A stretch of DNA of 64,000 nt, from positions 4,261 to 68,260 of IMG/VR virus record IMGVR_UViG_3300043568_002887; one strand, written 5' to 3'. Origin of the DNA: a virus. Numbering within the stretch: position 1 is the stretch's first letter; each line of letters starts with the position of its first letter. A program made the position numbers and the translations under genes. The notes beneath the pieces are model-generated. The model made no database searches. It worked only from the letters and a program-made list of their open reading frames with translations, and was not told the origin of the DNA. This document shows positions 48,763 to 59,309 of the stretch, in pieces.

Positions 48763-51700
48763 TTAGAAGCTTGGAATAAATCCAGTAGCATCTGAACTCA
48801 ACGATCCTCCTACTCTTGTAATAGTAATTCGGTTGATGAATTTTTGAATTCCTCTTGGGAAATCTACTCGAATATCGATAATTGCTGCATTTGCAGAAAT
48901 TACTTCATTTGTATTATTTGAACTATCAAATATTACTTCATATGTAGAAACTCCTTTTGCATTAACTACTGCGTTTAAGTAGTTTTCAACAATTGTTCTT
49001 ACTCTTAATCTTGTAATCTCATCATTGAAATCAAACAAGAAGTTAAATAAGATTTTCTCAAGGTCTCTCTCAATAGTAGATAAGTTATCTCTAACATGAG
49101 CATTATTAAGAGCTGAATTAATTCTTTGGTATGCAGTGTTATTAGAGAATAAGATAATTCCAAATCCTCTACGTTTAACTGTTAAGTTAAATCCAGCTGG
49201 CTCTAAGTAATCTCTATCATCATCAGTAAGATCATATTCTAATCCGACTATTTCTGGATCATTAAGAGCTCCACGTTTTCCACCAGCTACAATCAAGAAT
49301 GGAGTACCATTTTTGAATTTTCTAACATATAGGTTAGAAATATATGCTGCTTGTGGAACTGAGATATTCTTGCTTCCGCTTCTTACGATTAGGTTAGGGA
49401 AGTGATAAGATGCATAAGAAGATAATGGAACTCCTTTAACATCCTCTTCAGCAAACTTATAAAGGAAGCTAGGATTCAATGTAGTGTTTCCACCTTGTGC
49501 AATTAATTCAGTTGAAACCAATTTATTTGTAGTATCAATAAAGCTTGGATCAACTGATTTCTCAAATTGCTGCATTGATGGAGCATTTAAAAGCGCCATT
49601 GCTTGGCCGTTTACTGCAGCTAATTTAGCTAATTGATATTTAGAAGAAGCAGATATTGTACCAGAATAAGAATCGACGATATATCTAAAGTCAATTAATT
49701 CTCCATTTGAAAGTGCTTGTGGGATTAGAGTATCTGTGAAAAGATAATCTAAGATTCCGCCAGTTCCTTCTAATCGATCCGCTGTACCATCAGGTAAAAC
49801 ATCATTTCTTAATTTGAATGCTGCTAATTTTTGACCTTTTAAGTTAGTCACGAAATTAGGAATTCCAATATACACTTGAATCTCTAATCCAGTAGTATCT
49901 AATCCAGTTACTTCGTCTACTGAAGGCGCCATTGTGGTAACCTTAATAGTATCCGGAGCAAGTAAAGGATCTGGTGTAAATACTGATACTATTTTTAATA
50001 ATCTTGATCTACCGTCAGTTGTCGCAGCTTTGATATAACTATTTGGCTTAATATATTTGTTAACTAGTGCTTTATTTGGTACACTGATTGCTCCATCTAA
50101 TTCAAGAGTCAACACATTAGGCTGAGCAATTGAATAACTTGCAAATATTGCAGTATCTGTCAAGTCAAATGTGTGACTAAAATCGTCACCGTCAGCTAGG
50201 GCAACTTTAAAGTAATCTGAACCAGATACAGTATAAGTATTAGCATTAACTTGGGAAGTCAGTGTTATTCCTGTATATACTTCAATCTTAATATATTTAA
50301 AGGTAAGAACCGTTAAATTATCGACTACTTTTAAGTAATAAGTTGGGTTAATTCCATCTGAACTAGTATCTCCAGTTTTTAAGAAACCTTTTGTATACGC
50401 TTCGTATAACTTACTTCCTTCCATTGCAACAATATAGTCTGTTGCTGCATTAATAAGGTATTGATCAGCAACCGCTACACCAGTACCTAATAAAAAGGCA
50501 GCTTCTAATTTAGTGCTATCCATTTCGAATACTAATTCAGCATCTACTGGTCTAGAATAACTTAGAGTATCAATTAATGGAGTTGGTAATACTATTGGAT
50601 TAGCGTATGTAACTGCAGTAACTGTTAAACCCTCAGGACTTGTACCACCAACGATAGTAATAGTATCGCCAACTGCATATCCAGTTCCAGGATTATTTAC
50701 AACAATAGTATTAATTACACCAAGTGTTTGAGTAATATCTACAGTTAAACCAATACCTCCACCAGCACTTGTTGTCAAAGCACCAGTTGTAGTAGCATAT
50801 CCTGTACCTGAACCGTCTGCAATAAAGCCGGTCGGTGTTACTCCTCCAATATAGACATTATCAAATCCTCCATTATCAGCAGGGTATAATAGGTCATCAA
50901 TACCTTGACCAATTATATCAACTCTATGAGTGTATACATCAGTATCAAGAAAAGCATTATTTGTAAGATCAATTAAGTCTAATTTCTCAGTATCTAGTGC
51001 ACAAATTAATCCAGTTGTTGGGAATGCTCTGTTTACTAATCTATCAATTGAAACAGTTACTCCACTCTGATCTCTAAAATCAGGAATTAAACATCCGATT
51101 GTTCTATTAATTACTCTAATTTCTCTTAATGCGAAAAAGTTTGCTGAATTAGCACTCTTTAAACCAGAGGCATCAAAGTAAGATTTATAGATTGGGTCGT
51201 TTGAAAGTTTTAAGTAATTTGTCCAATCTCCATTAACTACGATTACCTCAACAAAATAGTCAGAGATAAAATCATCTGGGTGAAGAAATGATGGAAATTC
51301 AACTGATCCTCCACCGACACTTGCATACCATTCGGTAGCAGTAACATCAAAGCCAGAAACATTTGCTTTTCTTACCCATACAGTCATATTAGACTGTCCT
51401 AAGTTTGCAAATGATAGAACCTTGTTTGATGCAGAAGTGGTTATACCAAATCCTCCAGGTGTAGTGATATAATCATCACCTAGTGCTAAGTTTTTAGATT
51501 TATTTACTTTATCTGCGTCTGCAAACCATAATCTCTGACGATTAAAGAATTCAACGATTGGATACTGGTTAGCACCATCATTATTTGCAGCAGACTCAGT
51601 ATTAAATGTAGTGAATGCAGCCTGGTCCAAATTTGAGGCAGGAATAGCAATATAAGTATCTAAAGGCAATACGTTCATTGCAAATACTGGTCCTTCTCTT

Positions 51701-51951
51701 AGAGCAACCTCAATTGTTCTATGGAAGTAACTTCCCGCTTTTTCTAATTTTGGATCGATTTCTCCAAATACTGCTCGTAAAGTTCTAATGTCATTGATTA
51801 ATACAACAGTATTAAAGGGTCCGACTCTACTTGATCCTACGATCAAACGACCAGTGGTAAGAGGTAAAACTACGTTCTCACTTGCATCGATTTCAACTGT
51901 GTAAACACCACTAGACTTGTAATTATTTAAGTTTATCCTTGGTTCAGCCAT
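48763..51951 (-). CDS. Contractile tail sheath protein, gp18-like
   Basis: SSGVYTVEIDAS, GPFN...FG, FLFDFNDEITR and NTNEVISAN motifs. Confidence 0.92.
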   Translation of the reverse strand: MAEPRINLNNYKSSGVYTVEIDASENVVLPLTTGRLIVGSSRVGPFNTVVLINDIRTLRAVFGEIDPKLEKAGSYFHRTIEVALREGPVFAMNVLPLDTYIAIPASNLDQAAFTTFNTESAANNDGANQYPIVEFFNRQRLWFADADKVNKSKNLALGDDYITTPGGFGITTSASNKVLSFANLGQSNMTVWVRKANVSGFDVTATEWYASVGGGSVEFPSFLHPDDFISDYFVEVIVVNGDWTNYLKLSNDPIYKSYFDASGLKSANSANFFALREIRVINRTIGCLIPDFRDQSGVTVSIDRLVNRAFPTTGLICALDTEKLDLIDLTNNAFLDTDVYTHRVDIIGQGIDDLLYPADNGGFDNVYIGGVTPTGFIADGSGTGYATTTGALTTSAGGGIGLTVDITQTLGVINTIVVNNPGTGYAVGDTITIVGGTSPEGLTVTAVTYANPIVLPTPLIDTLSYSRPVDAELVFEMDSTKLEAAFLLGTGVAVADQYLINAATDYIVAMEGSKLYEAYTKGFLKTGDTSSDGINPTYYLKVVDNLTVLTFKYIKIEVYTGITLTSQVNANTYTVSGSDYFKVALADGDDFSHTFDLTDTAIFASYSIAQPNVLTLELDGAISVPNKALVNKYIKPNSYIKAATTDGRSRLLKIVSVFTPDPLLAPDTIKVTTMAPSVDEVTGLDTTGLEIQVYIGIPNFVTNLKGQKLAAFKLRNDVLPDGTADRLEGTGGILDYLFTDTLIPQALSNGELIDFRYIVDSYSGTISASSKYQLAKLAAVNGQAMALLNAPSMQQFEKSVDPSFIDTTNKLVSTELIAQGGNTTLNPSFLYKFAEEDVKGVPLSSYASYHFPNLIVRSGSKNISVPQAAYISNLYVRKFKNGTPFLIVAGGKRGALNDPEIVGLEYDLTDDDRDYLEPAGFNLTVKRRGFGIILFSNNTAYQRINSALNNAHVRDNLSTIERDLEKILFNFLFDFNDEITRLRVRTIVENYLNAVVNAKGVSTYEVIFDSSNNTNEVISANAAIIDIRVDFPRGIQKFINRITITRVGGSLSSDATGFIPSF

Positions 51952-51971
51952 CTCGGTATAGATATTTTTAA

Positions 51972-51980
51972 TTATTTATC
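51972..51980 (-). promoter_or_regulatory. Late-promoter-like box GATAAATAA
   Basis: About 20 nt upstream of the sheath start. Confidence 0.6.
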
Positions 51981-52066
51981 TTAAATAGCATCAATAAATC
52001 TAAAAAAATTGAAAAATTAAGATCCTCGACTCGTTTTACAGTATAAGATAACAAAATACAATAAGA

Positions 52067-52534
52067 ATGGCAAATATCGATAATACTTGTGCCGATCTTA
52101 AGATCGAAGATCTATATTCACAAAGCACTGATACTCTAGGAGACATTATGGCTCTCCAAAAGGATACTCAAAGCACTGTATATGGATGGAATTTTGACAA
52201 TATGACTCTTCGCGAGATCATGTCATTTTGGCATGCCAATACCCATGCAATGGTTGATGAAATTCATGAGGCAACTGATGCTCTTGGAGGAATCAAAGAT
52301 GGTAGCGGAAATGCTATTTGGAAGTATTGGAAGAGCGACTTTAGTAAATATAGTTTCATGAAGTTTTCCGATCTTTCTGAGGGTGATCAACTTGAATGTA
52401 AATTTGAAATAGTTGACATGCTACACTTCTTTATGAATTATGCTATCTCAATTGGCATGACTCCACAAGAGATGTACAACATGTATATGTCAAAAAACGC
52501 AGAAAATCGCGAAAGACAGAAAAGAGGGTATTAA
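52067..52534 (+). CDS. dCTP/dUTP pyrophosphatase, T4 gp56-like (all-alpha NTP-PPase)
   Basis: DEIHE, WKYWK, DQLECKFEIVDMLHF and KNAENRERQKRGY motifs. Confidence 0.85.
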   Translation: MANIDNTCADLKIEDLYSQSTDTLGDIMALQKDTQSTVYGWNFDNMTLREIMSFWHANTHAMVDEIHEATDALGGIKDGSGNAIWKYWKSDFSKYSFMKFSDLSEGDQLECKFEIVDMLHFFMNYAISIGMTPQEMYNMYMSKNAENRERQKRGY

Positions 52535-52550
52535 AAAAAGTATAATAACT

Positions 52551-52784
52551 ATGGATCCATTACAAAGTGGCGGTCAAGCTCAACCTCAATTAAATGTTAA
52601 CTTAGCAGACGCTCCGTATATTGAATGCGAAGAGTGCAAAGGACGAGTATTTGAAGAAAAAATGATGATTAAAAAAGTATCTAAGTTTATGTCAGGTGCG
52701 GAACATGACTCTATTGCTCCAATTCCAGTAATTGCCTGTTCAAACTGTGGACACATTAACGAACTATTTAAACCTAGAGTATGA
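52551..52784 (+). CDS. Zinc-ribbon protein
   Basis: CEEC...CSNCGH. Confidence 0.7.
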   Translation: MDPLQSGGQAQPQLNVNLADAPYIECEECKGRVFEEKMMIKKVSKFMSGAEHDSIAPIPVIACSNCGHINELFKPRV

Positions 52785-54202
52785 TAATTGGTGCAGAAGT
52801 ACTTAATGACAATGTATTAACAATCTCATATTACAATGAGAGTGGAAAGATTGAGTTTATTCGTAAAAGATTAATGGATCATGAAATGTACAATTGGGTA
52901 GAATCTCAAACACCAACTGCCACCAAAAACTGGAACGGTAAGTTTGTAAAGAAGGGTAACTCCCAAGGCCAATACATGAACCAGTTTAGAATTCAAGAGT
53001 TGATTCAAGAGAAATTAACTGCTGAGGAACTTGAAATGGTCTACAACTTTGATAATTTTCCTAAGAAAACATATCTCGATATTGAGATTAAACTAATCGA
53101 TGACTCTTTTCCAGAGCCAGATAAAGCTCGAATGCCAGTTGGACTTATCTCATTTTGTAATGAAGATAATGTTACCTACATTCTCTCTATCTTAAATACC
53201 GAAGATCAGCCTGATGGACTTACTCCAGAACAAATAGTTCAAATGGAAAAAGGAGTTAATGACTACTTCCGAAAAACTGTTCCTAAAAAACCAGAAGATG
53301 CTCGTCTCTTTAATCAAGATTTTAAGATCAAATATAAATTCTTTAAGAGTGAAGACGAATTAATGGCGTTCTACTTTCATAAGATTATGCCTCACTTTAA
53401 TTTTGTTACTGGTTGGAATGTTACTGAATTTGACTGGAAGTACTTGATGAATCGAGGTAAGAATCTTAAGATCGATATGATGGAGAACATGCCAACTCGA
53501 TCAACTGTTTCAAAAGTTAAGATTCCTACCCATTTAGGTGTTCTCGATTATATGCAAGTCTTTGAAAAAATGAAGCCATATAAAGTAGTAGAAAACTATA
53601 AACTAGACTATATTGCAGATTTAGTATTAGGTACTGCAAAACTACATCATGATTATTCTTCATTTATGGAATTCCAAAAGGATACTTATCTCTTTACTAT
53701 GTATAACGTGATTGACGTTATCCTAGTTAAATTAATAGAGGATAAGCTTGCCCTAATGGATGTTGCCTTTGCAATGGCAAATGTCGCTCAAGTAGAAGTA
53801 AACAAAGTATTTAGTCCAGTATATATTGCTGAGATCTTAATGTGTCGTGAATTCCTGAATAAGAACATGAAGATGATGAAACTTCCTTGGGGAGAAGAGG
53901 TAATCGATGGTACCTATGCTGGAGCCTATGTAAAAGATCCAATTCCTGGATATTATGGCGCAGTTGCATGCTATGATTTCTCTTCAATGTATCCAAATAT
54001 TCAAATCCAATTTAATATTTCTCCTGATACATATCTTGGAAAAACTGACAAGGTCAAAAAAGATGGCACTGAAATCCATACTAAAAACGATACTATGTTT
54101 TCAAGTAAAACCGATTCAGTTGCTAGAAAAATTCTTACTCGATTATACGATGAACGTATTAAAACTCAAGGTGAGATTAAACAATTAAAAAACTCAAAAT
54201 AA
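52781..54202 (+). CDS. Family B DNA polymerase, N-terminal subunit (exonuclease plus motif A); split gene
   Basis: LDIE, GWNVTEFD, YNVID, GAYVKDP and YDFSSMYP motifs; ends before motifs B and C. Confidence 0.88.
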   Translation: MIIGAEVLNDNVLTISYYNESGKIEFIRKRLMDHEMYNWVESQTPTATKNWNGKFVKKGNSQGQYMNQFRIQELIQEKLTAEELEMVYNFDNFPKKTYLDIEIKLIDDSFPEPDKARMPVGLISFCNEDNVTYILSILNTEDQPDGLTPEQIVQMEKGVNDYFRKTVPKKPEDARLFNQDFKIKYKFFKSEDELMAFYFHKIMPHFNFVTGWNVTEFDWKYLMNRGKNLKIDMMENMPTRSTVSKVKIPTHLGVLDYMQVFEKMKPYKVVENYKLDYIADLVLGTAKLHHDYSSFMEFQKDTYLFTMYNVIDVILVKLIEDKLALMDVAFAMANVAQVEVNKVFSPVYIAEILMCREFLNKNMKMMKLPWGEEVIDGTYAGAYVKDPIPGYYGAVACYDFSSMYPNIQIQFNISPDTYLGKTDKVKKDGTEIHTKNDTMFSSKTDSVARKILTRLYDERIKTQGEIKQLKNSK

Positions 54203-54211
54203 CCAAATAAT

Positions 54212-54544
54212 ATGAACACAGCACAAGATTTTGTAAACTGGCTTGAAGGTTTCTTAGACGCATGTAAGAACTCGCCATCTCCTCAACAAATTAAGGAGGT
54301 TAGAAAAAAGATTTCAGCATTACCCTCAATTAAAGATAGAGTAATGGCTAGTCGGGTTACTGGTGAAATGTATAATCCATTATGGAATACCTCAACTGGA
54401 GCAGTACCAGTAGATCATTTTCCAACTATTTCAATTGTCCCACCAGGATCAAACATTCCAAATAATGGACCATTAGATGATGAATTTCTTAAAGCGATTG
54501 AGGACAATAAAACTGCCTCAACTATGGAAGAACTTAATTCCTAA
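54212..54544 (+). CDS. Hypothetical protein
   Basis: 110 aa; FVNWLEGFLD N-terminal helix. Confidence 0.6.
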   Translation: MNTAQDFVNWLEGFLDACKNSPSPQQIKEVRKKISALPSIKDRVMASRVTGEMYNPLWNTSTGAVPVDHFPTISIVPPGSNIPNNGPLDDEFLKAIEDNKTASTMEELNS

Positions 54545-54560
54545 AAAAAACCAAGATCAA

Positions 54561-55205
54561 ATGCAATTTGACGAAAACAAATTAATCTCCTTAATGGAGA
54601 ATTTCTCTGGAGCAAAATTCCAGTGGATCAAAACAAATAGACCTGAGTTATTAGGTAAACTTGTTACTTGCAGAAATATCGAACCTAGGGGAAATGGATT
54701 TTATGCAATATTTGATGATGGATCAAGTGTAGAGACGTCTCAATTAAATACTAGCTTATTGATGATACATGGAGACATGCAACCTTTAACTAGAGCCGAG
54801 GTTGAATCGATAGCTGGTCCAAAAAGACCACTTACTCCTCCTACTAATACTGCATCTGGACCAATTGGTGCTCCTAGTACAGGACCGATACCTCAACCCT
54901 TTCAACCTGATCCCGTAAATCAGCCTCAACCGGTAGCATCAAATATGTTTGAGATGTTTAATTCTGAAGAGAGAATTATTGACTTGCAAATCTCAATTAA
55001 CTTGCCAGAGCAGGACTTTTTGCGAATGATGTATTCTAATGCAAAGGATAAAAACAAGTTTCTTGATGAGTTATCTGATTATGTATTTAGAGCGATAAAT
55101 AAAACAGTAGTACAATCTTCTATTTCGACAATGGTAGTTCCACCACAACCAAAGACAAGAAAGACTGGACCTACTGTAAATATTACCGAAATACATGAAG
55201 AATGA
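54561..55205 (+). CDS. Hypothetical protein with Pro-rich linker
   Basis: Likely start is the ATG at 54561 rather than 54477, which avoids a long overlap. Confidence 0.6.
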   Translation: MQFDENKLISLMENFSGAKFQWIKTNRPELLGKLVTCRNIEPRGNGFYAIFDDGSSVETSQLNTSLLMIHGDMQPLTRAEVESIAGPKRPLTPPTNTASGPIGAPSTGPIPQPFQPDPVNQPQPVASNMFEMFNSEERIIDLQISINLPEQDFLRMMYSNAKDKNKFLDELSDYVFRAINKTVVQSSISTMVVPPQPKTRKTGPTVNITEIHEE

Positions 55206-55752
55206 TCAATTTAATTCAACCGAAGAGTATTCAGACGATAAATTTAAAGTCTTAAATTTTACTGGAGATAAAGGAAGTTTCAAGAGAATTTCGTCGACAA
55301 AGGAAGCAATATGTTTGCTTCCTTTTGACGTCAATGAAAATAATCAGATAAAAAATGTATATCTCGCTAAGTATCATGATTACGTATTGGATGGAGAAAA
55401 TAAAAGGTGCATCACTGCTTCTCTTGAACCTGATGAATTTAATACATATCATGAATCCCTTTCTGATTGTATTGATTCTGAATTAGGTCTATCTGATATT
55501 GAAGTAAATGATATTTTTTATCTAGGCCAAATACAGCACACAGTCCCTTTTACTAAGACATATAAGTGTTATGCTCTTGACTTAACTAACTATAGTGAAG
55601 ACCCAACTGGGTTTATGCCAAAAATACTTGACCCTGAATCCAAAATGCATTCAATTGACAAAGTAAGATTTAGTAGAGTTATGCGAGGAGAAATTTGCGA
55701 TACCTTAACTCTATCCTGTTCTATTTTATTACTTTCTTACCTTTCAGAATAG
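55195..55752 (+). CDS. Nudix-fold protein with degenerate Nudix box
   Basis: AICLLPF...ITASLEPDE...DCIDSELGL...YLGQI...CYALDLT. Confidence 0.6.
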   Translation: MKNDQFNSTEEYSDDKFKVLNFTGDKGSFKRISSTKEAICLLPFDVNENNQIKNVYLAKYHDYVLDGENKRCITASLEPDEFNTYHESLSDCIDSELGLSDIEVNDIFYLGQIQHTVPFTKTYKCYALDLTNYSEDPTGFMPKILDPESKMHSIDKVRFSRVMRGEICDTLTLSCSILLLSYLSE

Positions 55753-55777
55753 AACTTTTACCCTTTCTCTAGTAGAA
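55752..55777 (+). promoter_or_regulatory. AAC-N16-GTA promoter-like motif
   Basis: GAAC-N16-GTAGAA before uvsX. Confidence 0.6.
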
Positions 55778-55796
55778 TATATTAAAATACATAATT

Positions 55797-57002
55797 ATGG
55801 CAAAGTCAACAAACGACGCAATTAATGCTTTTAATAAATTCAATGATCTCTTAGAAAAGAAGGTAAAAACCAAGATCACCTTAATGGGATTCTCTGATAT
55901 TGATGATTATATTCCAACTGGAAATTATCTCTTAAATGCTCAAATCTCAGGATCAGTATTCGGTGGCTATCCAAATACTCGAAGTATTGGAATTGCTGGA
56001 GATTCTGGAGCAGGTAAAACATTCCTTTGCTTAAATGCAGTTAGGGAGCTTCAAAAGAAAGATTATTTTGTCTTCTATATTGATACTGAAGGTGCAATTG
56101 ATAGATCAGATTATATCAAATTTGGAGTAGACCTAGAAAAATTAAAATACCTTCGTATGGGTTTAATCAGTGATGTTAAATTCTTCATCAATGATTTTAT
56201 TGAAACTATGCGAGATAATCCAGGATTAAAGGCTGCAATCTTTGTTGATTCAGTAGGAATGCTCGATACTGATAAGAGTAAGAGAGATATGGATGCTGGT
56301 AAAAACGCATCTGATATGGGACTTCGTTCTAAAGAGATGAGATCACTATTTAAGTCGTTTACTCTTGAACTATCTAACCTAAAGGTTCCATTTATTTTTA
56401 CTAATCATACCTATGCTTCAATGGATCAGTACACTCCTAAAGGAATGTCTGGCGGTGGCGGTCCTGAATTCTCAGCTTCAATCATCTTAATGTTGAGTAA
56501 AGGAACCCTAAGAGATGAGGCTAAAACAACTACTGGAATTATCGTTAGATCTAAGACCAGAAAAAATCGTCTTGCTAAACCAATTGATATTGAATTCCAT
56601 ATCTCGTTTCATAAAGGAATGAATCAGTATGTAGGACTTGAACAATTTGTTAATTGGGAAAATTGTGGAGTTGGTCGAGGAAATAAGTTAACTGAAAAAG
56701 AATTTTCTAAATTAAAGAGTGACGAACAATCTATTTGTTCTGAATTTAAAGTGGATGGAGAAACTTTCTATTACTTACCTAAGAAACTTGGAAAGAGCTA
56801 TGTTATTCGACACAATGGAGATCTTGTACCAGTCAAAGAATTTTTTACTGGTAGATTATTTACCCATGATGTATTAATGGAACTTGATGAAAAAGTAATC
56901 AAACCTACCTTTAAGTTCCCAGAAACACAAGACGAAATTGATCTATTAGAGACTAGCGAACTTAACGACTTAACTGACGACGAAGATGACTCTGCGCTCT
57001 GA
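55797..57002 (+). CDS. uvsX: RecA-family recombinase, UvsX-like
   Basis: GDSGAGKT, YIDTEGA, FVDSVG, FTNHTY and MSGGGG motifs. Confidence 0.92.
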   Translation: MAKSTNDAINAFNKFNDLLEKKVKTKITLMGFSDIDDYIPTGNYLLNAQISGSVFGGYPNTRSIGIAGDSGAGKTFLCLNAVRELQKKDYFVFYIDTEGAIDRSDYIKFGVDLEKLKYLRMGLISDVKFFINDFIETMRDNPGLKAAIFVDSVGMLDTDKSKRDMDAGKNASDMGLRSKEMRSLFKSFTLELSNLKVPFIFTNHTYASMDQYTPKGMSGGGGPEFSASIILMLSKGTLRDEAKTTTGIIVRSKTRKNRLAKPIDIEFHISFHKGMNQYVGLEQFVNWENCGVGRGNKLTEKEFSKLKSDEQSICSEFKVDGETFYYLPKKLGKSYVIRHNGDLVPVKEFFTGRLFTHDVLMELDEKVIKPTFKFPETQDEIDLLETSELNDLTDDEDDSAL

Positions 57003-58749
57003 TCTACCAATAAAGTACTATTTGAATCTATATAATGAGGAGGGACTAAGCGATGAGTTTACCCTCCTTTTTGAGATATTACAGTACATAATACGAGTTG
57101 CTAACTCAAAAGACAAGAGTCTAGAGCTTAATAATATAAAATTTTCATCGAAATCTCTAAAGTATGTATTTGGAGATAAGATCAAAGATGAAACTTTTAA
57201 AACAAACTTAGTTAAATCATTAAAGGCTATGATTAACGAAGAATATCTTGTTACTGAAGGCGACTTCATATATTTTACAAAAAATATTGACTCTCTTGAA
57301 AAGATGGTTTGGAATTTTATCCTAAATTCTGATAATGACCTTAATGATCTGAAACCATCTAATCATGACTCTTTAAGACGTGAAGAATTAATCACAATGA
57401 TGAAACCTAGTTATTTTAATGATGATGACCGACAAGAATCATTTAAAGTAGCAGTAAAGTTTTTTAAAGAATATGAGAAGATTCCAAATAAGAAAGAACT
57501 TCGAAGTTATCTTGACCTAGGCAATATCAATTTAGATGAAGATGAATTTAGTGAATTGTATGCATTTAATCTAAATGAATATAATTATGATTATCTTTAC
57601 AAATATGTTAGATCATTTATTCTCTTAAGAAATTTAAACTTAACTGTATTTGATCTACTTACCTATCTAAAAACCACACCAATTGATCCAGGAAATATTG
57701 ATAAAATTTCTGAAAAGATTAGAAACGATATTAGTACTAAGCTTGCCCTAAATTTCTCAAGTGCAGATACTGGCCTAAATTTCTTTAATCCAGAATCTCA
57801 TATCCAAATTTCAAAATCAGGAAGTCCAACTGGCTTTACCTTCCTAGATAAAGTTCAAGGCGGCGGCTGGAATGCAAAAACACTAGTTGTTTTTCAAGGC
57901 CGACCTAAAGTCGGTAAATCAATGGTTCTTGGAAATATTGCCGCTCGATCATTCCTTACTGGAAACGTTACTGGTCTAGTTACAGTTGAATTAGCTGATC
58001 GTTCATATATGAAGAGAATCGGATCAAATATTTTAAATATAAAATCCGAAGACTATTCACTAATAACTGATGAAGCTGCTTCTAAACTAGTTCAAAATAA
58101 GATCCAGGAACTTAAGGATTCTGGTAAAAACATTGGCGAATTAATAGTTAAGGAGTTTCCTACTGGTGGAGCTACTGCAATTGATATTGAAAATTACTTT
58201 GTTCGGCTTGAGCAAAAGATGAATAAGAAGTTTAAAGTAGTAGTTGTTGATTATCTAAACCTATTACGACCAATCAATACTCAAAATGGTCTTTATGAAA
58301 AGATCAAAGCAATCTCGGAAGAACTTAGAGGTGTTGCTATGCGGAATGAATGGTGTATAATAAGTGCTACTCAAATTCGTCGAGAAGATATTGATAATTT
58401 TGATTTAGGTATGGATTCAGTAGCTGAGTCATTTGGTCTAATCCATACAGTTGATGCTCTATTTGGCCTAATGAGAAGTCCATTGGAGAGTAGAATGAAA
58501 ATCAAAGTAATTGCCAATCGTGACAATGGTTACGAAGAAAGTTATAAATTTTACACAATGCATAAAGACTATTTTAGACTTTCTGAGGAGAGTGGACAAA
58601 ATAGTGAATTTTATAGTGACGATGAAGAAGTAAGTAGAATGGCAGACGAATTAAGGTCTGAATATTCTGAAATAACAAATTCTCCAGAACCCGCTATAGT
58701 TGATAATATAATTGAAGATGACTATGATGCTCTCTTTAATTCCATATAA
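56986..58749 (+). CDS. DnaB-family replicative helicase (gp41-like) with extra N-terminal domain
   Basis: GRPKVGKS, VKEFPTG, VVDYLNL, SATQ and AESFG motifs. Confidence 0.9.
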   Translation: MTLRSDLPIKYYLNLYNEEGLSDEFTLLFEILQYIIRVANSKDKSLELNNIKFSSKSLKYVFGDKIKDETFKTNLVKSLKAMINEEYLVTEGDFIYFTKNIDSLEKMVWNFILNSDNDLNDLKPSNHDSLRREELITMMKPSYFNDDDRQESFKVAVKFFKEYEKIPNKKELRSYLDLGNINLDEDEFSELYAFNLNEYNYDYLYKYVRSFILLRNLNLTVFDLLTYLKTTPIDPGNIDKISEKIRNDISTKLALNFSSADTGLNFFNPESHIQISKSGSPTGFTFLDKVQGGGWNAKTLVVFQGRPKVGKSMVLGNIAARSFLTGNVTGLVTVELADRSYMKRIGSNILNIKSEDYSLITDEAASKLVQNKIQELKDSGKNIGELIVKEFPTGGATAIDIENYFVRLEQKMNKKFKVVVVDYLNLLRPINTQNGLYEKIKAISEELRGVAMRNEWCIISATQIRREDIDNFDLGMDSVAESFGLIHTVDALFGLMRSPLESRMKIKVIANRDNGYEESYKFYTMHKDYFRLSEESGQNSEFYSDDEEVSRMADELRSEYSEITNSPEPAIVDNIIEDDYDALFNSI

Positions 58750-58763
58750 AATAATTAGTATGA

Positions 58764-59309
58764 ATGAGCGAAGACGAAGAATTTACAAAGGATCTGCCTA
58801 ACGATCCAATAAGAGAGGACAAAATATTTAATAATAGCTATTACAATGGTGATAAGCTAAAAGATTCGGAAGAATACGAATTCTCAAAAAAGATATCAGT
58901 ATCATCTGATTATTCAGATAATTATTTGAAGGATCTATATGATTACGAAGAGCAATTAGAATCAAAATTTATCCTAGACATAATCTTTGAGTTCTTACAA
59001 AAAGATGAGGTCCTTAGTCGATATACAATTGAGTTGACTCAAGATCCAGCAATATCAAAAATAAAATTCTCAAAGGAAGACCTTAACCTAATCTTTAATA
59101 GAGTACATGAGAATCTAGATATTGCTAATCGCGGTATAAATTTCTACAGTCCAATCTATATCCTTGAAGCAATCTCATCGATTTCATCAATGGAATACAA
59201 AAAGATCTTTGATTCACTAGATACTGAGATTCAAGAGATCTTAGTCCTTGAGCTAAATAAGAAGTATAAATTTCTAGAAGGAAAAATGCATAAAAAAAGA
59301 ATACACTAA
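58764..59309 (+). CDS. Hypothetical protein; C-terminus weakly resembles T4 gp33 late co-activator
   Basis: YILEAISSISSMEYKKIFDSLDTEIQEILVLEL..KFL helical pattern; resemblance judged by eye. Confidence 0.35.
   Translation: MSEDEEFTKDLPNDPIREDKIFNNSYYNGDKLKDSEEYEFSKKISVSSDYSDNYLKDLYDYEEQLESKFILDIIFEFLQKDEVLSRYTIELTQDPAISKIKFSKEDLNLIFNRVHENLDIANRGINFYSPIYILEAISSISSMEYKKIFDSLDTEIQEILVLELNKKYKFLEGKMHKKRIH

Noticed and set aside
40366-58749. Introns or inteins in nrdA, nrdB, polymerase, recombinase or helicase
   Set aside because: No intein splice motifs or homing endonuclease ORFs seen, and no downstream polymerase exon in the window.
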